From positions 92,008,001-92,072,000 of the forward strand of contig OX638151.1 in assembly GCA_951804945.1 (NCBI GenBank): a stretch of DNA of 64,000 nucleotides, in the 5' to 3' direction. How positions within the stretch are numbered: position 1 is the first letter of the stretch; each line of letters begins with the position of its first letter. A program made the translations under genes and the position numbers. Positions 22,424 through 35,413 of the stretch are shown piece after piece. The notes beneath the pieces were generated by a model. The model ran no database searches, was not told where the DNA came from, and was given only the letters and a program-made list of their open reading frames with translations. Origin of the DNA: Podarcis cretensis. Its lineage: Eukaryota.

Positions 22424-25400
22424 GTATTAAAACACTGCTTGAGAATAGATGCTACCAGATGCATGACACAGTGTTGTTTTATCTTTAAAGTGCCAAATGT
22501 GGCACAAGAACATTTCATTGTATTCAGCTTATATTTTACTCAAAGAAAACCCATTGAACTTCCTGGACCTAAGTTAGTCACGCCTATTGATATCAATGGG
22601 TCTGCTCTGAGTAGGGCTGGCATTGGATACAACCTTCACTTTAAAGTGCTTATGAACAAATATAATTTACATACTAGTGTTTTTATTTAAATTCACCAGA
22701 CTACATAACTGATACATGGGTGTTTTTTCCTGAAAGACTACATTCAAGACAAAAAGGAGAAACAGTGTTTGGACAATAATATTCCCTACTTATGATGGGA
22801 AATGATAATACCTTCATTCCTTTCCCACCAGGTGTTCCTGGCTAGTCCTCTGGATGTTAATATGGAGGTGTAATTTTTTTATAAGTTACAGGAGTTGTCA
22901 ACCTTTGAGGCCCATTCAGAATTCATAGAGTGTGTACTATGGGTATGATCCATTTGGTTTTTTAATCTCTTCCAGGTCAGCACATGCTAACTCCCCCACT
23001 AAGTTCTTTTACATGGGTTCTAGGTAAAAGTTTGTCTGGTAGAATAGAAACAATCCTCTTGAATTTGCATGAGTTTACATGGGATGCTGCCCACAAAAAC
23101 CTATCAGATTAAAACTTACAGTAATAGACTATATTAAAAATCACAAATCTGGTGTTTGCTAATATCACAGAAATCTGGATCCAAAGCACTGCTCTTCATA
23201 TAGTTTCACAGTTTTTAGAGGATAACAGCAAAACTATCAGAGTAGACGAAGAGGTGGCACACGATTTAGTGATGGTTTTGCAGGGATCTCCTGCAGTCGG
23301 CAGCCACAAAGCTCTGTTGTTCGCATCCATCGCAAATGGCACCAGATTTTCATGGTTTAGTCAATGGCAACAGATGTGACATGTGATTTGATGGTGGTTA
23401 GGTAGGAGAAATTTAAAAACAGTTTGGAAGGGATCGTTCCCTCACTTCCTGACTCCTGTAGCCTCCCCACTTTTCCCCACTGGCCACTTCCATTTTCTTT
23501 CTTTGTCATCCCCGTTTCCCGTCTAATAAGGGGCTGAATTGAGCCTGTAGAACTAACAGAGGAAATGGGAAAGAGAATGACTCTTCTTGTTTCCTCCTTC
23601 AACTCCATTGATGTTTCAAGAGGGAACCTCATGATGAAGGGGGCAGTGAGACAGGGTGTGTATCAGATTCTTCATGGGCACAAGGGGGCATTCTCAAGGC
23701 CACTACTACCTTGGAAACTCCAGGGACCTCATAAAACCCAATGATTATAGGCCCAAATCAGATTGCTTTCCCCAATTTATTAGGGAGTATCAATCACACA
23801 ATTTAAGTTTATTATATTTTACCCTACACACAGACCCCATTTCCAAATGTTACACTGTATTCAAATAAGGGGTGGAGGTGGGGGGGGGGGATATTGGAGG
23901 CTGAGTAGAACCTGAAATCTCACATCCGCCAAGCGTGTAAGAGTAAATCCCGAACCAAACCCTTGAAATCTGCAGTCAGTCCTGTACCAGCAAGTAATTT
24001 GAAGAACTTAAATGATACAATATTTTACTGGTCCCATTGCATGATGCCGAGAAACTCTTCAGTCTTTCATACTTGTGTTGTGCCTAATATAACTGGACAT
24101 GCATGTGTCCACATGCATATTGAACACATGGAGAAAATGCTACACATGACATTACTCAGCGTAGTTTGTCCTTGAGTGCAAGCTGCTGCTTCCAAAAAAT
24201 GCCAGGACAATCGGTGGGCAATCTAGATCTGGAACCCTGGCTGTGGGTGGAGTTTAACCTTTTGCCCCTCCTATGTTCCTGATCTTGGGGGACCCCCAGT
24301 ATGTGGAATTTGCATTGGAGGAAAAGATCTCCCATTGTTACGGACAGATGTTCCCCCCCTCTGCAAATTGCAGACACATGGTGAGATCCAAATCATGGTC
24401 CCAGCATGAGGCAAAAGGTTAAATACTGCCCCCCCCCATCCACCTCACCACGGTCCCATTCTGAATTGGGCTTCCTGTCCTGGCAATTTGTGAAAGAAAA
24501 AGCTTGCAGAAAAGTACAAACTGCCTCGTAAATTGACACGTATCTTTTGGTGCATTTAATTGTATGATTTCCAGAGAAAATTAGCACCAAATAACGAAAC
24601 ACTTTTATATTTTCATTAGAAAAGCCCTTGCTTGTAGTTTTTTATAGATACAAAAAAGCCACTTACTGAAATCCGCCTCATCGTCATAACGTACAGTGAC
24701 TAAGAAGCAGTTTTAAATCCCTGGGTTTGCATTCCCTCTTCACCATGAGGTTAAAATGGGCTATCTGTATCACACGGCAATCTTTTTCTTTCTGTCTAGT
24801 TCCTGTAAATTGTGGCTTACCCAGTATGCTAAATAGCAATTGTAAGGGGAGTATCTTGAATATCCGTATCCATTGTAGGATAGAGAAGCTCCAAGGTGCA
24901 GAGATTGTGTGCACCAGCAGAACATTTTCACGTGACTTCTGTGAGCAGTTATTGGGTGGTGCTCACAATGATTAAGACTTCCTTCTTCCGGTACTCAGAA
25001 CAATTTTGGAATTATTACAACAAAGTGACTGTTGCATTTTAATTTAGTATATGAAAGCATGGTTCCATGCCCTGTATCCATATACTATGTACCCCATGTA
25101 GCACTTTCAAGAAAAATCTGAAATAGACTAGACCAGAATTGATCTGATTAGTTTCACTTCTGTCAGTTCTATGGAATAAGAGAAAGCAGGGATACACTTA
25201 AGAGTTGGGAACCCTCATGGTTGAAAAGTGTTGGGTGTGTGTATAAGGCTCATCCACATTTTCAGCTCTGGTTAGAGTTGGCAATCTATAACTTTTATCC
25301 TTGATTTATGAAGAGTTGCATTTAATATTGTTTGAGAACTCCTGGTTTGGAAATACTTGAGAATAAAAGATCAGTATCCTGGGTAACTATACCATTCACA

Positions 25401-26334
25401 CAAAATCCACAAAGGAAGTTAAGTGAAGTAGTTGATTTAACTTATTAAAATACTGAAAACGATAGCTTTGAAATTGCATAGACCTCTTTGGTTGCAAGAC
25501 ATCCTGTGAGGGAGTAACGTCAGAGCATTTGACTTCACACATCAAGGCTGTTCTTAATCTAGTAGTTGATTATTTACAAACTGTCTAAAACAACTTGGGG
25601 AGCATTTGGTCCTCCATATGTTCCTGAACTACAACCTCCAGTATCCCTGGCCATTAGCCATTCCTACTGGAGCTGATGGGAGTTGTAGTGCAGCAACATC
25701 TCGTTGGAAGCAAAGACCAGAACAGTTTAGACAAACGTTTTGAAGAAGGTCACCTAACAAATGTTTTTAATAGTGGGTGTCCGTATTTATACCTGAAATT
25801 AATTATGGTTCTCGTGTTCCCAGTAATCTATAAACACAACCTTAGTGTTTCATAACCAAGCATGTATTTATGGCTCATTAATAAGGGACAAGTTGGCTAA
25901 AAATGGATTTGCAATATAGGCTATTGCTGTTATTAAAGATACATTGGGTTGTACCTGATGCTGCTGCTCAAAAGACTTCCCTTGTACAATAGCCTATTTT
26001 TTTTTATCCTGTATTTTCATACTGTGAACTGCCCAGATATCTGTGGATGAAGGGTGGTATACAAAAGAATAGTCTTGCCACCCCCTCTCCCCTGCAACTC
26101 CCTGTGCACCCTCAAAATCTGTTTCAGAGGGTTGGGGGACCATGCAAGGTGAGGAACGGGAAGTCTCCTTGCACAAGCAGAAGACTGTTCATACATCTCT
26201 GGATACCACCCATTATGCCCTTGATATTGTTCCTGAAATGCTCACTCCTTTTTCACCTTTTTGCTTTACCCCTGCCCCCTTTTTAAATTTATTTCTAGAA
26301 TGGAGTTGTGAACATATTTTCCTCCTTTTTTCAG

Positions 26335-26423
26335 ATATCTTCTGACGAATTGTTAACCAAGAAAGAACAGATATCAGAAGCTTTGCAAACAACGCAGACG
26401 TTTTTAGCAAAACATGGTGATAA
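26335..26423 (+). CDS. DST: DST a/b exon ([30 protein letters not shown])
   Basis: tttttcag acceptor, aa|gtaggt donor; phase 0 to 2. Confidence 0.93.
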
Positions 26424-26897
26424 GTAGGTTCATTGTGATGATTGCACTTTAAAATTAGTCGTGCCCTTTCAGAATTTGTGTTGAGGACAAGTTTCAGCCA
26501 TTTCTTATATAAAATCAGTGTGCAGGCAGCAGATATCCTCTAGTTTCAGGAGTTCTTATATGAAATCTGAAACAATGGGGTGTGGGTAGGTACTGCCCCT
26601 TCTACCTTATAAATGGTACCTTACTTAATTGAACTAAAGCAGTTTGCATTAATTAATGGTGGTACTAATAATTGCACTGCTTTTTACCAGTGTATCCCTG
26701 GGAATAACTGCCCATATGACCCACCACCACTGCCAAGTTATCAGCTTACAAAGCAAACCTTGTCTCCAGGTCTGCTGGAACATGTCTTCATAGCATGATG
26801 CTGAATTCCACCCTGTATGTTTATTTCTTGAGAGAACAACTAATGTTTAGAAATTGTTAGCACTTCCATTCACATCTTCTATTCCCCCTCCCAAAAG

Positions 26898-27033
26898 AAT
26901 GACAGATGAAGAGAAAAATGAAATGGAAAACCACGTGAGGTCCTTGCAAGAAGGTTATAAACTGTTGTCCAATGAAGATTTGAAGCAGTTGCAGCAGGAA
27001 CAAGATGCAGATAATGAAAACGTGGATGAAAAG
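26898..27033 (+). CDS. DST: DST a/b exon (MTDEEKNEME...NVDEK); branch point between a and b isoforms
   Basis: ccctcccaaaag acceptor, aag|gtagtc donor; phase 2 to 0. Confidence 0.92.
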
Positions 27034-28136
27034 GTAGTCAACAGTTTGAGTTATGTTGCTGGCTATAGTATATATGCTTTTCTGAATCTGATCCATTGCA
27101 TGGTTTTGGAATTCTGTATGAATACTAAAAACAAAAACCTGCACCGAATTGTGTGTATCACACAAACAAAATCAGAACTAAAAGAATGACAGCTTTCGAT
27201 CGGTTTGTGGAATTAGAATTATAGCTGAATGTCTATAAATGGACAAGTGGAAAGTTGTATATGAACAGGCTTTTATACCTTGTGTCTTGCATGAACTAAG
27301 AGCATAGAATCATACATCACTTAACCCTTCTTTTTAAAAGCCATACTTTGAATTCTGTCAAACGTCTGTACTTCAGAAACACCACGTGGAAGTTCCATAG
27401 CCTCTCTACTCTTCTATATGCTCTCCGATAAGTATTTCAGGAAGTATGCCATATTTCCGAAGTTCATTAAATTTCAACTGGGTACATCATTTGGAGTTTA
27501 TAGTCACATTAACTATGAGATAATACTTTAAGATCTATTACATTTGACACTGCCTTTGGAAGGCATTACAAAATGCCTGAGAGTATATGCAAAGGAAGAC
27601 TATTCTGCACATACTTCTTAAATGTTGTTCCTAATGGATGACTTTTAATACAACACAGTTGCAGTGCATTTAAGTAGCTACAATACTTGATCCTTATGTG
27701 TTTGGGTGTCTATGTAAAAGTGCTGTATGCTGTAAACATGAATAGCATGTGTGTTTTTGTACCACATACTGTTTCCTCAATATATGCTAACTTCTCACAA
27801 AGCACATAGATAGCATGACAGTTTGCCTTTCAGGTACGTGTCTTTTTTGCTCACTATGCGATCATCTACTATTTTATCTTCCACTAACCCTCTTGATGTA
27901 TACAGAGCATAGGCTTTTGGTTTACCGATGCATGTTGTGTTTCAATCTTTTATCACACCGTGTGCTGTTGAATCACTGACATCACTTCTGCATTGAACTG
28001 CTAACATTCACAGTTTGGGTGGAACTCTGGTAAGTAAGTGACTTTATATTGTACATATATCATATTAAAATTCAAAGTATTAATCATTTACCATTCATAA
28101 AATGCTGACAATTCATATTTTTATACTCACTTTTAG

Positions 28137-31100
28137 GAGGATAAAGTCATAGCTGGCATTATTGATCAAACAACTGGAGAGATGTTTTCAGTCTTGCAGT
28201 CAATTTATAAAGGCCTCATTGACTATGGCACTGGAATTCAGTTGCTTCAGAGCCAGCTCATTTTATCAGATATAATTTCACCAGTCCTGGGAAGAAGTTT
28301 TGACCTTGAAGAAGCCAAAGCCCATGAACTTGTCGATGACCAAGCTGTATTGCAACTACAAGGTTTACAGAATGCTAAAATGGTCATTTCAGAACTGCAA
28401 TCAGCAGCACTTCCAGTTGTAGCTGCTTTGGAACAGGGTTTAATTTCAGAACCTCTTGCTATTAAAATTCTTGAGATTCAGCTTTCCAGAGGACACCTAA
28501 TGATACCAGCCACGGGAGAACAGCTGACTTTGCACAGAGCTTTTCAGAAGAATCTGATCTCTGCAGCATTATACACTAAACTCCTGGAAAGACGTGACAT
28601 AAGCAAAGACCTTATTGACCCTAACACTGCAGAGAAGATAACCCTTGAGGAATTGCTTGAAAGATCTGTAGTACATAGAGAAACAGGCTTGAGGCTCTTG
28701 CCTGTGACCCCTCAAGAAAGAGGCAAAATAACACTAAAATGTGGAAGGAAGATAACTATTCTGAGAGCAGCTCATGAAGGACTCATAGAGAGGGAGACCA
28801 TGTTCAGGCTCTTAGGTGCCCAGCTGCTTTCTGGCGGCATAATTCATCCTGATACAGGACACAGAATGACTGTTGAAGAAGCAATGAGAGAAGGGGTTAT
28901 TGACCAGGATGCTGCTTGTGCTATTTTGACTCATCAGCTTCAGACAGGTGGGATCTTGTGTCCAAATTCATCAAAACGTTTGTCTGTAGATGAAGCTGTG
29001 CAGTGCAACCTGATCTCTTCTAGTAGTGCCTTGCTGGTACTACAGGCACAACGAGGCTTCATTGGACTCATCTGGCCACATAGTGGGGAAATATTTCCTG
29101 TATCTACATCTTTGCATCAAGGCATGATCACTAATGAGCAGGCCTGCAAAATTCTAAAGGGGCGGCAAAAAATAGCAGCACTCTATATTCCAGAAACATG
29201 TGAAGTGATCAGCCTGGATGATGCAGCCCAGCAGGGAGTCATAGAAAGCAACACTTCATCAATTTTGAACAGTGTTACCCTACCTGATGAAATGCCTAAT
29301 GTGGAAGATATACCATTGCCTTTGAAAAAAGCGGCAAGATGGCTCTCGTCTTGTGAACTCCAGGCATCCAACCAACATGCTGATGGAAAGGATGTAAACA
29401 CTTCTGACACCAGTGAGCCCATACCTTGCCACTCGGAACAAACTCAAAAGCTATTCATGTCTTACCTAATGATAAATAGTTGTATGGATGCGAACACCGG
29501 TCAGAGGCTTTTGTTGCATTGTGGTGACTTAAATGAAACAGTCAGCCTGTTAATGGGTGGCAGTCGTTCTGAAAATAATACAAATGAGACTGAGGGGCAA
29601 TTGTGTTTAAACACAAAAGCACAACATATTGAGCAACAGCCCAAAGGGGCAATGTTTAGTGATATCACTAGCAATGTTTCAGAACAAGATACAAGTATTC
29701 AAAATATATCCAGCAGCAATAAGAGGGAGGCATTTTGTAAAGATCACCAGAATGACATAGTCTCAGGGAGAAATGGTTTTCATATTGTGGCTCGTGCTTC
29801 AGAGCAGTCAGAATGTGTCACGAATAGATCTGGAAAGGAAATCAATCCAGGTCAAAATCTTGAAAAAGAAAATGCACTTGAAAGTTTACTGAAACTTCCA
29901 GAACAAATGCCAGTGGAAGTGTATGAAAATTTAACTGACCAAGCAAACGCTGAAAATGCTGAAATGAAAACATCTGTTTCAAACTGTTCACAAGGACACC
30001 TTCCTCCAATAGTAAATGAAGATAACATTTGCATAGTAGAGTGGGAGAACATTAAGGGGAGTGAAAACGACTCCCCAGGCATCTTCAGTAGTGTTTTGGA
30101 TGCAAATTATTCTTCAGCTATTAAGAAAGATGAGAAAGCTCAAGCAAGCACTAATGTTTCACATCTCATGGACAACAGCCTGCAAAAATGCATGCCTCAG
30201 GTTTTGCAGATTGAAGAAGGCATTATGCTAATGAAGAACAATGGGGTGAAAGATGAGGTAAAAGATGACTTTCAGGATAGTTTATACACTAGTATAGAAC
30301 CTGACCAAAAATGTTTAAATGAACTCACTAAGAAAGAATTAGAGACTTGTAATGAGAGTGGAGTATTGCAAGCGGAAACGAATGTCACCCCAATATTGCA
30401 TAACAATGATGATAGGAATGGCAAGTTGCCATTAGAAGACCACTCCATAATGCATGGTGCATGTCTTCATATGAATGATAGGCCACCACGAGAAGACATT
30501 ACAGATAGCTATGGCAATTCACAATTGGAAGACCATGCTAATAAATTTGCTGGCTGTCTATTGGAAAACTACACCAGCATACAAGATGCATTACCATTGG
30601 AAACTAGAGTGCATACACATGACAGTCAGTTACTGGAAGATTGCACCAAAAACTATAGCATGTCAGTCCTAGAAAATACTTCTAATGGTGATTCCCTCCT
30701 GGAAGACACTGTAAATTTGATCCGTGGATTATTACAGGAAGAACAGACTGAAAGTGGGCAACCTGTAGAAAATCAGATGAATATCAGTGATGGAGAACAA
30801 CCCATAGATAAGGCCAATATATGTAGTGTATCTTTGCTTGATGACCATACCAGTTCTGATGGCATTGCACTGTTGGAATATCATACTGTAGATAAATATA
30901 TTGGACCAATTCAGAGAAACGGTGCTATTACTCATGCTGGATGTCCACTCAAGGATTCCATTGATACAAATGCTGGGGTCCCAGTAGAAGTCACTACTGA
31001 CACTCTTGATGGATCATCCATTAAAATCAATACTGATAGTGAGTCCACATCACCTCTGGAAGTCAGTACTAGTATGAAGCATGATGAACCACCTGTGAAT

Positions 31101-33809
31101 GACAGCAAGTCAACATTTGAATGTGGCTCGCTAGTTCTGGAAGGCAATAACAGCAAGCAATCTGAGCTGTTGCCCAAAAGAGAACATGGTACTCAGTCAG
31201 AAGATCCTTGTGATCCAACTCAACATAAAGATTGCAGTGAAGCCTGTGATGCTCCACAAATTGATCATAACAATGGTACAGTTTATAGCTCAGACAGAAT
31301 AAACAAGGGTGACTCCTCTGTTGCTAAAGAAGATGCTACTCCAGAGCTCATCCACAGTGCAGTAGCTATCAATGGAGTAGCAGATAAGCTGCAAGAAAAA
31401 GCAAAATCTTCCACGGGCAACCTAAGTAAGGAAGAAGAATGCATTCTGTGCTTTAGTGAAACAAGTGACTCTGATACACTTGAAATTATAAATATGGCAG
31501 CATTCAATGCAAGGCTACTAGGCACAATTCTAGAAGACAAGGCAGAAAGCAGTAGAGATATAGAAGATAATGGTCAGAAAAAAGAAAGGGAAGAAAGTAA
31601 AGAGATTGACAGCTCCCTGGAAAAGTTGGATGAAGCTAAAATGCAAAGAGGTGAGCACAAGGGCATTAAAATGAAAGAAGATGACTCTGAGAGTGAACAT
31701 GAAAGCATATGTATGGATGACAGTGATGATGATGGCAGTGGCAATAGTGATGATAATGGCAGTAGCGATAATGGTGACAGTGGGGATGATTTTGAAGGTT
31801 ATGATTATGTGGATTTTGATTATGATACTTATGATGAGACAGATTATGAAGATGAAGAGGTATTGGAAATGCATTACTCTCAGTGCCATGATAAAAACAT
31901 TGGGATCCAGGTGTCTGCACTTTCAGAGGCAACAGGAAACAATGGTTTACAGTGCCCTGAAAGCTACAGTGCTGATGAATATCAAAATTTAGCTGATGTT
32001 GTTAAAGAAAACATTCAGGACCTACCATGTAAAAGTAAAGAGGGAAGCCAGCAAGAAACAGAACAGGCTTCTGACCCTTTCATGCAAGACAACCTTGCAT
32101 TACAGAACAGTCAAACCTCCCAATTAAGCATAAGCAATGGTGCAACATCAGAAGACGCAATTGGAACAGAAAATATTAGTGCCAAGTCTGATATACCTTC
32201 TCAAAGAAACTTACATGCTGAACACAGGGAAGCTAAAATTCTTCATGATATATCAATGCCATGTTTGAATTGTGAGAAAAGACAAGAAGTAGATAATGGA
32301 AAACAAGCATCTACCAGTATGCCACATAGTCAAGTAGAAATTGGTGCACTGAAACAAAATAAAAATGGAGTGTGCATTCTGAAGGAAGATCATATCCAGG
32401 AATCAAGTGGAAGCCTTAGGGAGCCTTATTCATCAGTTATTAAAAATGGTTATGAAATTACTGCCTCATATGATGAAAAAATAAGTATTGCTCAAACTTC
32501 AAATAAGCCCACATTGGTTACAGACTCCAATGACATTGCTAAAGATGAATCAGTGCACTATGTAGAGGGGTTTGACCTCTCTACTTATTTAAAGCAAAGT
32601 GCGAAAGATATAATGGCCAAGGATATCTTAGCAATGAGAGAGAATGGTTCATCTTACCTAAAAGAAGGTGAAAGAGACAGTGAAGAGAATAGAGAGGAGC
32701 TAGTGGTATCAAGAAGTGGAAACTGCGAGGGAAAACAGCACCTAAAAGAATTGCACCCCAAACAACAGCTGTTTCCTTCATCAGTTGTATCAGAACCCAC
32801 AAGAGATAAAGTTAGCAGAGAGGCTAGTGCTCATTCCAAGGTGTATCATGATGAAAGCTACAAATGTGATTTCAACAATATGGAGCGTGTTGAAGCTATT
32901 GGAAAAGTAGGGAGCAAGGCTGATGAAACAGCTTCTGGAGAAGATACATGTGTAATTGGATCTTCTTCTAGTACTTTAGACACCAGAGATGATAGCCAGA
33001 ATAGCTATGAGCAGAAAGCACATGAAGCAGAGGTCACTCAAAACAGTAGTTTGGGGAAGCCTACTGAAGATGACATTCTAGACCATGAGCCTACTTTCTA
33101 TCAAAATGGCATCCAGATAAAAATGCAGCAATCACTAAAAGATGTGATGCTTTCTAATTCTGCCCCAGTCAATGATCAGGAAGTTGTTTTTCCTGAAGTG
33201 CCTCCCACATTACCTGAAAGCTTAACAAAAATACTTAAAGGAAATATAAAAGATGTTTACTGCAAGCAGGAAGAGGAACCTTTAAGTTATATTGGCACAA
33301 AAGCTTTAATGCAAAATTTACTTAAAATGGTTGATAGCACACACTGGGAAAACGAGGACCCTGCCAAATCTGCTGTCCAACATAGAAGTGAGGATACTAG
33401 AAGTGCCTCAATGGCTGCTTCGTTGTGCATACATGCAAACGAACCTAATTCTAACCCACCTATTTGGCTTGATAATAGAAGTCCTGATCTCCTCCTCGAT
33501 ATACTGAAACAAGACCACTGCAGTCAAAGAAATGAGAACACCCGTGAGACAAGGGACATGAAGGCCCAGACAGAAAGAGAGCAGCAGAAAAACGCTTCTC
33601 AGCATGACCATGCCTTTCCCATCTCAAGAGAAACTACAAGTTCATCAGGATTAAAAGCAGAAACTGCTGGAGAGAGTACTGAAGCATTCAGTAAGGCTCT
33701 TGGTTCGAAAGGATACCCTCAGCCCGAGAAGCCATACCAGCAACCAAAAAGCTTCTCTGAAACCTTGGAAACAGAGGACTCTGGACCAAGACCTGATTCA
33801 AAGAGCATG
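28137..33809 (+). CDS. DST: DST-b (muscle-type) giant exon, 5673 nt / 1891 codons: central plakin repeats followed by a long acidic disordered region
   Basis: ORF 28182-33839 extends upstream to the ttttag acceptor ([15 protein letters not shown]); atg|gtgagt donor; plakin-repeat motifs [14 protein letters not shown] and [10 protein letters not shown]. Confidence 0.94.
30429..31175 (+). repeat. Degenerate 36-nt / 12-aa coding tandem repeat within the giant exon
   Basis: [60 protein letters not shown]...[48 protein letters not shown]. Confidence 0.75.
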
Positions 33810-34135
33810 GTGAGTAGCAACTTACAATTTTTGTCTTAAGTAAAGACACATAAAACAAATGAAAAATTTATTTAGTTCATTTTGGTGCTTTTGCTTGTTA
33901 GCATAATCAAAACATGGCACCTATATTACCAGTATGCACTGAATCACCTATCGCAAGGAATTGAATGTCCTCTGGTTAACATCATAGTAGAATCACAGAT
34001 GAACATTTAAATTGCATCTCCAGGCATTTTTTTTTTTAAAAAAACCCACACATCGTCCTTTTTGTTTTTAAAAGTGATTTCCTGCTACTGTGTTGATAAG
34101 TTCTAGTTACACTAAAATGACAATAATATTTTCAG

Positions 34136-34270
34136 CAGCAATGCTCTTGGTACTTAGAGAATATGAGGAGACATTTGACAGTGGTTCAAGATATGAAATT
34201 TCTCTTGGATGACCTGCAGCCCATCAGCAATGACCTGGAAGACCTAAAAATACAACTTGAGCAGTTAGAG
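34136..34270 (+). CDS. DST: DST b-block exon (QQCSWYLENMRRHLTVVQDMK...QLEQLE)
   Basis: tttcag acceptor (tandem CAGCAG), gag|gtaagc donor; 135 nt. Confidence 0.88.
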
Positions 34271-35197
34271 GTAAGCTTCTTATCTGTAGAGAGAAAGCGA
34301 GGTTAAATAGTGAGGTCAGATGTCATTAGTACTAAGTCTCTATATGCTGATCTTCCATGCAAAATAATATAGTCAAAGTAGCTCATAAGACCCTCAAAAC
34401 ACAAGTCATCAGAATAAGAGTATAGTTAAATATGTATTATCTTTCATAAATATGCTAAATCTATTTGACAAATCATAAAAAATATACTTAACATTAGCCA
34501 GTGATCACCACCCCACATTTCTCTCACCCAAAGGCACAGAAATGTGCACCCATTTGTCATCTAATACAAATCAATGGAACGGCACACTCTTGAGTCCTTT
34601 CCCCACCGATCCCATTTACGGGCTTGGGCTACACATTACACTCTCTCCATGGGTGATTCTCTCTCTATGGTGCATGCATTTTGTAGTCCATTCCTGCTAA
34701 TTTGTAGGAGGAAGAGAGCATGATGAGCCTGGCCACAATGTCTAAAGTTAAGGTATCCCTGGATAGATGCATGCTGAGATGAAGGAAAGGGGTGGTGCAG
34801 CAGTGGTTGGAGGAAGAGCTATTGCCATAGTATAGAAAATTATATGAGCAGTGTGGCAGGTGAGTGGGGAATGAGAGATAGCAAAATAAAGAGATGTGTA
34901 TCTTGGGTTCTAGGGTTAATTTATCTCATTTGTGTGGCCATTTCCCAAGCTTCCCAGGGCAATTTTAGGTGGGGTGACCCCATTTTATTCTTGCATCAGC
35001 CCTGTGAGGTGGCTAGTGACTTGCTGAGTGCCCATGAACATCATGACTGGGTGGGGATTTCAGGTCTCCCAGCCATCTCTAGGACTAATGGTACTCTCCA
35101 TAAAATGCAACGGTTTTTTTTCTGTCTTGCACGCAGTGCTACTAATTTTAGGCAAGACCTTAATGCACCTCATCTGTATTTATTTATTTTTTTGTAG

Positions 35198-35413
35198 TCA
35201 TTTGAATCAGGGCTTGCTGGCTTTGCTGTTACTCTGCGAAAAGATATGAAGTTAGCAGAAGAGTTTCTAAAATTTCAGCACAAGGATGTTCCCAGAGCAC
35301 AGCTTGTGGATCTAAAAGAAAGCTATGAATGTTTGGAGAAGGATTTCTTTGGGGTCTGCGAAATGTCTTCAAATCGAGCAAAGCAAATCGTCTTGGCAGT
35401 AGACTCTGAAATG
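35198..35413 (+). CDS. DST: DST b-block exon (SFESGLAGFAVTLRKDMKLAEEFLK...LAVDSEM)
   Basis: ttttgtag acceptor, atg|gtaggt donor; 216 nt. Confidence 0.92.

Noticed and set aside
31530-31992. His/Cys-rich, Ile-rich and Met-rich ORFs in alternative frames
   Set aside because: They are shadow translations of the (GAT)-rich acidic tract.
28182-33839. The 1885-aa ORF as a novel standalone gene
   Set aside because: It is open upstream to an acceptor at 28136, has a donor at 33810, and is the DST-b giant exon.
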